This document shows, piece after piece, positions 12,795-23,845 of a stretch of 64,000 nt of DNA; position 1 is the stretch's first letter, and each line of letters opens with the position of its first letter. Source of the DNA: Octopus vulgaris (lineage: Eukaryota); the NCBI GenBank assembly GCA_951406725.2, contig OX597816.1, positions 104,718,001 to 104,782,000 of the forward strand. The letters are read 5' to 3'. Both the position numbers and the translations under genes were made by a program. The notes beneath the pieces are model-generated. The model saw only the letters and a program-made list of their open reading frames with translations. It ran no database searches and was not told the origin of the DNA.

Positions 12795-12822
12795 GCACAC
12801 ACACACACACAATATACACACA

Positions 12823-12889
<67 letters not shown>

Positions 12890-14971
12890 TATATATGTAT
12901 ACAGACATACAGACATATATACATTATTTACACGCATCATCATTCGATCCTCGTAATCTGGTAACCTATTACTATTTAAATAAAATAAGTACCGTCATAT
13001 CCCAAGGTAAGTTAAACATTTCAAACACATACATGTGAGAACAAAAAAATATATTTGTTTCATCGATGTGAAAGGAATTGTCCACACATAATATTAACTG
13101 TTTATCCTGGGAACTTCCCTTGTTAGATGACACTAAGATTTCAACAAGATGTTGACATCTGGAAACATTATTAATACTGTCTGCGAATATGCAAGCATAT
13201 ATATATATATATATCTGTACTCGAAATACAAATGAAAAGTGTAGAGTTCGTAACGAATAATATGTGAGATTAAAATTAAAACGTATACAATATTAATAAA
13301 TTTATTAATACTTATAAAAAGTAAATACTAATCAATAAAACATAAGAACTATTTACTGATTGAAAATGAGAAAAAGAGGAGGGTAGATCATAAACTTATA
13401 TACTGATAAATATAGAACTTTTGGTTTTTGTCACACATGGGAGTTCCAGGTGTTCATAATAATGTAAAATCAGAAAATGTAAGATTATTATACTTGATTT
13501 CTTTAGCATACAACACATATTTCTTTGAAAGGAGCAGCTGTCCGTTTTACATTGGAAATGTTTAAACGAAGAAACTAGCGTTTGTGACAAAGAAGAATGC
13601 GCAGTGAAAATGCTTAGCAACTTTTATTTATAGAAATTTTGCAGCTGTAAGAACATCATGAAATCATTTGGTGAGATAGATGACAGTATATCTTGAATAT
13701 TATGCATGGTAAATGAAGTTTGAAGTAGGAAGAAAACTGAATAGCATCTAAACTAGAAACAAACACACAAAAAATCAAGTATTCAATTAACCTCATAACT
13801 CTAGTTTCTCCCCAAGAACTGACTTATATGTGTGTGTGTAAAAATATAGCAATGCGTATATAAATGGATGTAGATAGATATATATACATACATATAGACA
13901 CATAATACACTCGTGTGTGTGTGTGTGTGTGTGTGTGTACACTACACTAATATCCATTTATTTGAAGGAGCCGAACCTCGGAAAATGTATAGTGCCTGAA
14001 ATAAGTATTCTACATACAAGTTGTGAAGAGGAGGGGCAAGATTTCAAGCTAAGCTGAAAGTTGGTATATCAACTAAATAGCAATAACAGGCCTGTTGAGT
14101 TGTGAATAATGACGTTCATGTCAGACGAATCATAGAATAATATCCGCTTATAGACAAAAATTATGGAGATTAAAGTATTCCCCTGTGCATATTTTCTTTG
14201 TTCTCGTGAAAATATACTGATAGCATTTCTGATATTCAACACCACATTCGCTGATCAATATTCATCTGTTTATAGCATAATATAACCAAGATAAAATATA
14301 TTTAAAAATGTTCCTCCAACAAAAAGAAATCGAAAGAGAAAAAATATATGCAAAATTGAACGGGCTACTTCCACTTAAACGAATAAAAGGCAATACAGAT
14401 CCAACACAATCTGATATTTCAATTTAAGTATTTTATCATTTCCTATACCAAAGAATTTTCGATCTATTATTTTACAACACTTAATCATTTTAATGACAGT
14501 GGCCTCATAACGACAATAGGATTTCAGCTTGCTCAATTCTTTGTAATATATTCTCAAAATATCCTGTCTTTATGCGAACATTTTAACATCAGAACAACTA
14601 TCAATACCATATATATTTTCTATCCGGTATAATGATTCTTAATGCAAATACACATATCGCTTCTTATTTAAAATATTAAAAGGGTCCTCAACTATAATGA
14701 CATTAAATAATATATTTATACTATAAGATATTTCATCTGCGTATAGATATTTATATGTGTATGTATACGTATATATAAAATCCACAGCAATGAGTTCGAA
14801 AAATTATATATTCTGTTTTCCCTATATCTCTTCAGACACCAAGGAACAAAAGTTTAGGAAAACTTAATTTATAATGAATAGCAAGAAGAAAAGAAGGAAA
14901 GAAAATGTCATTCCAAGTGACGACATAGTCTCTCTTTAAGCTTACAACCCTCTGGAATAATGTGCATGCCT

Positions 14972-15140
14972 ATAAAGGAGTGGCTGTGTAGTAAGAAGCT
15001 TGGTTCCCAACCACATGGTTCCGAGTTCGGTCCTATTGCGTGGCACATTGGCCAAGTATCTTCTACTATAGCCTCGGGTTGACCAAAGCCTTGTGAGTTT
15101 ATTTGGTAGACGGAAACTGAAAGAAGCTCGTCGTATATCT
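14972..15140 (+). mobile_element. 5' half of the Octopus-type SINE
   Basis: GGAGTGGCTGTGTAGTAAGAAGCTT...CCAAAGCCTTGTGAGT...GGTAGACGGAAACTGAAAGAAGC. Confidence 0.85.
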
Positions 15141-15357
15141 CTATATATGTAAAACTGAGAATGTGCAGAAGTGAATTAGTCCAGATGGAGCTGTGCGTAT
15201 GCCATTTACTATAGTTGCTAGATTGAATTATATGCTTATAAAGTAGCATTCAGTATCTATGATAACGTTTGGGAGTACATAATGCCTGGTCTTTCGCATG
15301 TAGCAGATATGTAATTGTGCATTTGTTTCCGTGTACTATGTGTTGTGTGTAAAAAAA

Positions 15358-15434
15358 CATCCTGACGAGGAGAGTGTCAATTTTAAATATATGTTTCATA
15401 TTAATTGGTGCATCTCCGAAACGGCCCGCAGATG
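15358..15434 (+). ncRNA. Hammerhead ribozyme-like motif, probably inactivated
   Basis: CATC-CTGACGA-GGAGA...TCTCC-GAAA-CGGCCCG-CA-GATG. Stems I (CATC/GATG) and II (GGAGA/TCTCC) are intact, but the NUH triplet reads GCA. Confidence 0.6.
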
Positions 15435-15521
15435 AACTTTTATGTATTTTTGTTAATTTGTATATTTATCTCCTATGTATTTTTCTCTGGAATTTTAATT
15501 CGTCTTTTTAATATGTCATTG

Positions 15522-16012
15522 GGTACTACTAGCGAATACTGGTCCCGGTGCGCGCATCTAGGTACGACACCACCATGTTAGTGTGTACCCCCATCATTGT
15601 CAAAATTAATTAACTAAGTTTAAAAAATTATTTACTTTGTTCAAAAAATATTTAATTTGTGTAAAAAAATCATATACACTGTTTTAAAAAATAATTAACT
15701 TTTTTAGTTAAAAACATTATTTACTTTGCTTTTTATTTGATTTGTGTAAAAAAATCATATACATTGTTCTAAGAAATAATTTATCTACTTTCTTTACAAA
15801 ATTCTTTTATTTTATTCTGTAAAAATTTATTTTATTTTGTTCGTTAACAAATATGTATAGCGCACGTGCGATACAAGTATGTATCGCGCATGCACCAATC
15901 AACTCATTTGCATACGCGCAAGTCGTTGTAGGATCGACTACTTACGACTAGCTAGCGCGGACGCGCGACTGCGCGTGAGCGCGCACCAGGACCAGTATTC
16001 GCTAGTAGTACC
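15522..16012. mobile_element. MITE, Merlin-like (GGTAC termini, 9-bp TSD)
   Basis: 34-bp TIRs GGTACTACTAGCGAATACTGGTCCYGGTGCGCGC with one mismatch. TSD ATGTCATTG at 15513-15521 and 16013-16021. Internal AT-rich tandem duplication of about 85 bp. Confidence 0.9.
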
Positions 16013-16066
16013 ATGTCATTGTATGTTTTATTACCCCAAATTTTTAATTTAACAAATTTATACCAA

Positions 16067-16107
16067 ACTAGCACTATGACCCGGCAACGCCGGGTCATAA
16101 TGCTAGT
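16067..16107. mobile_element. 41-bp Helitron-like hairpin remnant
   Basis: ACTAGCACTATGACCCGGC-AAC-GCCGGGTCATAATGCTAGT: GC-rich hairpin ending in CTAG|T. Confidence 0.55.
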
Positions 16108-16127
16108 ATATATATGCGTTTGCATGT

Positions 16128-16305
16128 TTGTGTGTTTGTTCCCCCATCATCACTTGACAACCAATTTTAATGTGTTTACCTCCCCGTAACTTAGCGGTTC
16201 TGTATAAGTGACCCATAGAATAAGTCCTGGGGTCCATTCGTTCGACTAAAGGTGGTGCTCCAGCGTGGCCGCAGTCAAATGACTGAAACCCGTTAAAGAG
16301 TAAAT
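16128..16305 (+). mobile_element. 3' half of the Octopus-type SINE
   Basis: CCCCGTAACTTAGCGGTTC...AATAAGTCCTGGGGTC...CGACTAAAGGTGGTGCTCCAGC...GCAGTCAAATGACTGAAAC. Confidence 0.85.
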
Positions 16306-16404
16306 TAAAAGCTTAGATTTAACGTACATACTGATAGATAGATATATAACATTAATACTATTAATACCTTCCAGTTATTTCTTCCGTGTCTTTACGTTTT
16401 GGCA

Positions 16405-16822
16405 GGCGCAAGAGTGGCTGTGTGGTAAGTAGCTTGTTTACCAACCACATGGTTCCGGGTTCAGTCCCACTGCGTGGCACCTTGGGCAAGTGTCTTCTAC
16501 TATAGCCTCGGGCCGACCAAAGCCTTGTGAGTGGATTTGGTAGACGGAAACTGAAAGAAGCCCGTCGTATATATGTATATATATATATATATATGTATGT
16601 GTATGTGTGTGTGTTTGTGTGTCTGTGTTTGTCCCCCTAGCATTGCTTGACAACCGATGCTGGTGTGTTTATGTCCCCGTCACTTAGAGGTTCGGCCAAA
16701 AAGACCGATAGAATAAGTACTGGGCTTACAAAGAATAAGTCCTGGGGTCGAGTTGCTCGATTAAAGGCGGTGCTCCAGTATGACCGCAGTCAAATGACTG
16801 AAACAAGTAAAAGAGTAAAAAA
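16405..16822 (+). mobile_element. Full-length Octopus-type tRNA-derived SINE with internal (TA)/(TG) tract
   Basis: GGCGCAAGAGTGGCTGTGTGGTAAG...GGTTCAGTCCC...CCTTGGGCAAGTGTCTTC...GACTGAAACAAGTAAAAGAG; highly similar to 48459-48862. Confidence 0.92.
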
Positions 16823-18964
16823 GAGAGCATCTAAGTGGTCACTCAATCTGCTAGAAATAACAGTCAAATATCCTTCAAATATATCCTATTATTCTTTTTC
16901 GTAAATGATGAATGACAGAGTTATTTACGTTCTTAGTTACATCTCATTAGTTACTCTGACGTATTCTGATTACTTTATATTAATATTCCAATAATTCTAA
17001 TGTAGGAAAAGGAATCATCTGCTAAAGTTTTTGAATTAAAGAGTTGATAGTATGCTAATTAGAAAGTTTCCCGTTATTAGTCCCGACTCTCGGCACTCTA
17101 AGTTGAAGTCCCGCTGTAGTCAGCATTTTTTCTTTCATCTATTCTGAATTGATAAAAAATGTATTTTTAAAGAGCAGTGGAGTAGCAGAACTATTAGAGG
17201 GCCTTGCAGTTATTTCTTCCGTGTCTTCACGTTTTGGCAGCAGCGACTGCGAGGACACAGATGCCAAACTGAATCAAATAAAGTCAGCTGCCTTCCTAGT
17301 GATAAACATCGATTACGCAGAGAGAGACTTGTAAGCATTGTCAACTGCCAGACGTCCTCACAAAACTTTTGCCCAAGCATGCACAAAATTGCGTTGATGA
17401 ATAGTCAAACTTAACTATCAGAGGTCCTATGTAATTTCTCCTACAATCGTGTGAGTAATTCTCTATGCATCAATCAAGATATTCTTTTCGTATAAAGAAT
17501 CCTTGCTATTATATCATGTGTGTTTCACATAACTCTAACGAATGATATTGAACTAAGATTGTTAACAAAATTTTGAACTTAAAACCAGCTAAAACCTATG
17601 CGTTAAAGCAGGAATTTATTGATCCGCTCTTTTCCATACTTTGTCCATGAAACGCTATAGTTACAATTTGCTTTCGCGATCTCTGATTAACTCTCCTTGC
17701 GCTACATTCATAACATAACAAATGCAAACCACCTTATTTTCATGACCTGGAAATATTTTATCTCAATGTAACTGGCGATGGATATCTTCTCACAATGCCT
17801 TCTACCACTATTATAACATTCTCTGTTCCTCTGAACAAGCTAGTTGCTATGTCCCGAACCACCCACTCGAAACAGTTTGTTCTATTTTCAACACTGACTA
17901 TGTATTCATTATCCTCTTTCGATATTTGTTTCCTGCCGATATCGTCAAATTAAACACCAGTCATATATTATTTCTACTAATCTTCAGAGGCCGCAAAACT
18001 ATGGATACTGCCTCACCTTCAAGCGAAACCCTAACAACAAATCTGTAGGCCAGTATGCATCTCGCTTTAGTCAATAACCTGTAAGATATCAGAAATGTAT
18101 AATTAAATGTTATAATATGTTCAATTAGTAATGATATGAAAGAAATATAAAATGTGTAATCATTTGATTACATGATCCAGTTATCTGATATGTCGAATTC
18201 GTTTCAAAATATTAATTAAATTCAGCGAGTACAATTTCAACAATTACATTTCTTATTTTATTACATTATTTAAAATATACTTTTCTGTTACCCGGATAAT
18301 ATTTTAATCAAAACCAAGATGTACATTAATATACACACATAACCAAAATAACTAAACTGGGTTGATGTATTTTATCTTCTTAGAATGTATAAATTATACT
18401 TTGATCTTCATTCCATGTTGCATTGTATATGATATACCAGTAAACTGACAATATAGCCGCCCACTTTATTATAAGCACTTTATTAAACTTCGATTAAACA
18501 ATAAGATATTCACGGGTGAGTATTCGATAACATATGATACCCAATAATGAAGTAATTAAACACATACTTGATTTAAAATATGCATCGGGGGTTTCAAATG
18601 TCTGAGTAGCATACCAAAGAATTGAACTTTAAACATTTTCATTGGTTTTTAACACGTTATATTTCGGAGTGTTAAAATTGCACTCAGTCGATATTTTCAT
18701 TTGAGATTATTGACATTTCTTCTGAGATTTTTTACTCCTCATATTTTGCCATTCAAATATACAAAACACTCCATTTCGTTGCCAGATGAATGTTAACTTC
18801 AGTTAAAGGAGGTATCAGATAGATATTAATAAATGGTACATATAGTACTGTGGCACAACCAACTAAATTTATCAATCTTTGGTAACAAGTCACTGCAAAT
18901 CATTTTTATGTTACTTTCCAATTAAGGCACAAGTCTTAAGAGAAGTATTTTGATGCAAACTATT

Positions 18965-19118
18965 AATGGCAGTACGTTACAGGTATTTTATTTTATCGAT
19001 GTCAAAAGAATGAAGACAAAGTTGTCTTCGGCAGGATATGGACTCAGGGCGTAAAGAGCCAGGACAAATATTACAAGGCATTTTATCCGACCCTACAATT
19101 CCGCAAGACCACCGCCTT
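18965..19118 (-). mobile_element. Degenerate Meta-type SINE
   Basis: Reverse complement: AAGGCGGTG...CTTTACGCCCTGAGTCC...CTGCCGAAGACAACTTTGTCTTCATTCTTTTG...TCGATAAAATAA. Confidence 0.6.
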
Positions 19119-20492
19119 TTCATAATATCTTAAATACCTGCGCGCATATACTAGCGTTGTGTCCATACTCAATAATTCATATATAACAGACATAGTCAAA
19201 CATATTCAAAGAGTACTACTAGACGTAAATAATAAAATGTATTCATAGATCAGCATACAGATGTACATATTTTCAGACGTACACTTATAAACACAATTCA
19301 ACAGCCAGCACGTCAAGAAACATATTGTCTATTTTAGAAGACCGAAGTATCTAATATTTTAAATCATTGCTTCTTTCAAAGTTGAAGAAAATATATCCGA
19401 GTTGCCAAAACTTTTATAATTCAAAAACATGCATTACGTTGTCGATTAATCTAGAATCTAAAACCAAATAACATAGGTGCAAACGTAAGCGGACGTAGCA
19501 TTTTTGTTGTTCGACAATATGAAATTAGGGCATCACTCTTACATCTGTAGGTCAGCTCTTAGTAGTATTTTGTTTTGCAACTTACAAAGAATATTTATTT
19601 TTATTTTGATTGCCAAAATTGCTGTTGTCCTCACCTTTTAAAAGTTATTACTATTATAGAATTGTTATTGTAGGTATCATTCGTTAATTAAATAAATGAT
19701 TTACATAATTCTCACTTCCTCCTGAAAATATACTAAATGAGGAAAATAGGTGTACGTATGTACTTATGAATACGTGTGTATGCTCATGTTTAGTGTGTGT
19801 GTGTATGTGTGTGAGTATGCTTACGTATGTGTTTGTACACACACACACAGACATACACACACAAACACATACACATACTATGTATATGCATATGTGTATC
19901 AGTGCATGCAGTAACATAAATAAATGCAAAATAAATCAAGTCCATAGACTTCACCAACCGTCAAGCAATATGCTGATAATCTGAGAGACGGAAGCCAATT
20001 TTCAAATCAAAGATTCCATATTCAATTGCATGTTTAAAATTTTCAATTGTGCTTTTAAAAATTCCTTTTAAAGTATCCAATTTTTTAACATATGGATTAC
20101 ATCTGTATACATTTGTATTAGTGTATTTATGTATATACACACGTGTGTGTGAGTGTGTGTGTGTGTGTATGTGTGTGTGTATGTGTGTCTGTGAGTGTGT
20201 GTGTCTGTGAGTATGTGTATGTGTGTGTCTGTGTGTGTATGTGTAGGAAGACATCCGGTTTAGGGGTTAGGGTATTCGACTGTGGGCAGCGCACACTTGA
20301 TTTCACTCCAGTCCACTCAGCCAGCAAAAATAAGACGTAACCTTAAATCAAAGGGATAGCTTTGTCACATTATTTGTCGCACTGAATCTCCCTGAGAACT
20401 ACGTCAAAGACACTTGCACATTAATTTCACCAAGACTGGAACACCACTCATCTTTCTAACCGATAAACTGACCGCTATATATATGTATGTAT

Positions 20493-20550
<58 letters not shown>

Positions 20551-20551
20551 C

Positions 20552-20760
20552 GTGACCGACCAGGAAATCAGATGCTGCTACACATCGCTGGTCACAATGC
20601 GCTTCGCATTGTTTTAGCCTTCAATGACGCCACCCCGCTAGCTAAGCGAGCAGGACAACAAAAGAAAGAGTGAGAGAAAGTTGTGGTGAAAGAGTACACC
20701 AGGAATCACACACCCCCTGCCAGAGCCTCGTGGAGCTTTAGGTGTTTTTGCTCAATAAAC
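20552..20760 (-). mobile_element. 5'-truncated copy of the SINE family at 12505-12794
   Basis: Shares GTGACCGACCAGG...CACATCGCTG...GACGCCACCCCGC...GAGCCTCGTGGAGCTTTAGGTG...CTCAATAAAC. Confidence 0.85.
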
Positions 20761-20808
<48 letters not shown>

Positions 20809-21332
20809 CATACATACATATACATGCCTATATGTATACACATACACACACTCAATCTACTAAGAATCTATATGTCAAGAAAAAGTAGGCATTCGTATAT
20901 TAGTCAATATAAAGGTATCAAAAGTTATTTACACCCGATACTATCGATCGGTTTCACACCACACATTAGACAACTGGATGGTTATCAAATAAATATATAT
21001 AATCTTCAGAGACAGCAGTTATGGATAAAGTAATGCTGCTCTCTGTTACTAGGTGAGGAAATGCTTCATCCGGCGCGTCTTTTTCACTGCGCCCACAAAC
21101 TGGATGCAACACTTCCTCGCCCCTCCCCCAATAACTGAGAGCAGCCGCCATATTTTTGCTTTACTTGCTTCTTCTGAAGCACACGTATTAGAGAAATGTA
21201 CAGATGCGTTTCTCTAATACATTGCGTAACTGATTGTTATCACCGGCTGTAATGGACCTAAAATACTGTAAATTTTGAATGATATATTTATATATACGCG
21301 CGCGCACGCACACACACACATATGTGTGTATA

Positions 21333-21410
<78 letters not shown>

Positions 21411-23347
21411 GAGCTGGCTTACTCACGAAGACTATCTATTATGGACATTTGAATAGATTTTTGTCTTCATTACAGTTTTCTGCAGCTATGTTAAATGTGA
21501 AATGAGAGAAGAATAAAAGAACCACATAGAATAGCACGAGATGAGGCGGCGTACATGGGGCTTTTTTTTATATTGAATGTATATCGTAATGAAGTCGGTA
21601 TGGCATGTCTGGGAGACAACGTTATTTTTATAATGAAATCATTTTTCAGCCGATGCATATGTATCCAAGAACAACAATAAAATCTAATGCAACCATGGGA
21701 ATCGGGGCCACTTTTATCACACCACGTTATTTCTAAGCGCATAACCATTGCGGTTGTACGAAAATCTTTACTAACACGTTTGGGAACATTCAGCGAAAGT
21801 TCGTAAAATATTCATGCTATGCAATCACGTGTGAGCACTTCTGTATGCACATTGATTTATTGTATAAGTCTAGATTTTCCCAAAGAAAGTTCAATGAATT
21901 GTTTCAACATTTAAGCATAGATGAAATTAGCGAATAACAGTAATTCTATGCTACCTTGACGAAAACTAGTTTCTGGCTTTGGGTTCTGAGGCATAGCAAG
22001 GAATAAAATTGAGATCCAGAGCTGATGACTGTCACAGCAAATTATGGACAGCAATTTGAGTCACATTCTTTATATGGAAAGTGAATCGTTATCGCAAAAA
22101 AGGCATCTATAGTGTAAGTAAGTAAAATTATAATTAAAATCCTGTTCCTTTTCTCGGTTAGTGAAAGTGTAACTTTAGACTAACGTAGCTGTATTCATAG
22201 CATACAGTAAGAGAAATATTGGACAAGGTTTTAGCATGCAACATATACTTGGCTTTAACTTATTTATCCATTTCAGCTCAAACCCCTCCACAAACACTTT
22301 ACTTTTAATCCAGAAAATAGTACGTCGATAGAAAAATTACCAGAGTTGATGTACTTAGCTATACTCACAAGGCATTGACCCAACAAGGCCGCGACTAAGA
22401 CCATTATAAGAGTAAAACAGTTTAAACATACATCAATCAATCTATCTCTCTTTGAAGATAATTGTGTACAAACTGATCTGGTATTCAACTTAACAGAGGT
22501 GGTTCATACATTATAGCTATGTGAATACTTGTAGTAAATATTTCTGCTTTTAGCTATAGCAAAGAAATTTTAATAATTAATAAAGCTAAATTGTTGTTTC
22601 ATTGCTTGTTTTTTCTTTGCTCACTGTTGTATAGATAATATATAAAAGACTTGTTCCATGGTGATAGAATAAATATCAATGCACATTAACCTATTATAGT
22701 TGCTACTTGTAAACGCATATATACTAATTACTAAATAATAATTGTTTTTGGTGGAAATTCCACACAATACAATAAGTGGTTGAAATCGTATATATATATA
22801 AACATATGTCTTATATATATAAATATGTATATATACAGAGAGAGGGACAGAGACAAACAGACAAACAAAAATACAGACAGACAGAAATAGATAGATAGTT
22901 AGATACATACATACGCACATATATAAATACATACACACGGACGCATGCATATACATACATACATAAGTACATAATTACTATAATTTGTGAATAAGAGACA
23001 TACTGAGAAGCCTATGTGTTTTGAGCTAGGACACATTTCTATTTGAGATATAAAATTGTCGGAAATGTATTTTTAGATCTGTGAAAATTAAGAGAATGCT
23101 CTGAAAAAAATTATCGTGACTACAGTGCATAAATTCGTTAAGTCACTGAGAGAATCCGTTATGAAAACGAAATCTAACATGTGTATACATGTATGCGTAA
23201 GATCCATAACAACATATAGTCACACAGGCACATTTAGATATATTTTCCCGTGCATTCATACGTGTAGGAGTGTTTACATTCTCGTTCATACAAATACATT
23301 CTACTTATTTCAATCAATTATACCAATACAAGCATAAGATACATTAT

Positions 23348-23845
23348 GGGAGTGAGCTGGCAGAAACGTTAGCACGCCGGACGAAATGCGTAGCCGTATT
23401 TCGTCTGCCGTTACGTTCTGAGTGCAAATTCCGCCGAGGTCGACTTTGCCTTTCATCCTTTCGGGGTCGATTAAATAAGTACCAGTTACACACTGGAGTC
23501 GATATAATCGACTTAATCCGTTTGTCTGTCCTTGTTTGTCCTCTCTGTGTTTAGCCCCTTGTGGGTAGTAAAGAAATAGGTATTTTGTCTGCCGCTATGT
23601 TCTGAGTTCAAATTCCGCCGAGATCGACTTTGCCTTTCATCCTTTCGGGGTCAATTAAATAAGTACCAGTTACGGACTGGGGTCGATATAATTGACTTAA
23701 TCCGTTTGTCTGTCCTTGTTTGTCCTCTCTGTGTTTAGCCCCTTGTGGGTAGTAAAGAAATAGGTATTTCGTCCGTCTTTACGTTCTGAGTTCAAATTCC
23801 GATGAGGTCGACTTTGCCTTTCATCCTTTCGGGGTCAATTAAATA
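23348..23845 (+). mobile_element. Meta-type SINE with a tandemly amplified 184-bp body (two full units plus one partial)
   Basis: Head GAGCTGGCAGAAACGTTAGCACGCCGG; unit starts (GTATT) at 23396, 23580 and 23764, each containing CGACTTTGCCTTTCATCCTTTCGGGGTC. Confidence 0.92.

Noticed and set aside
13396-13780. Minus-strand acceptor-like site and short ORFs
   Set aside because: Frames close quickly and no protein motif is recognisable.
20257-20272. TTAGGGGTTAGGG telomere-like motif
   Set aside because: It is a degenerate SINE A-box region (TGGCTTAGTGGTTAGGG), not an array.
23396-23845. CRISPR-like regular repeats
   Set aside because: Whole 184-bp units repeat with no unique spacers, the context is eukaryotic SINE sequence, and no cas genes are present.
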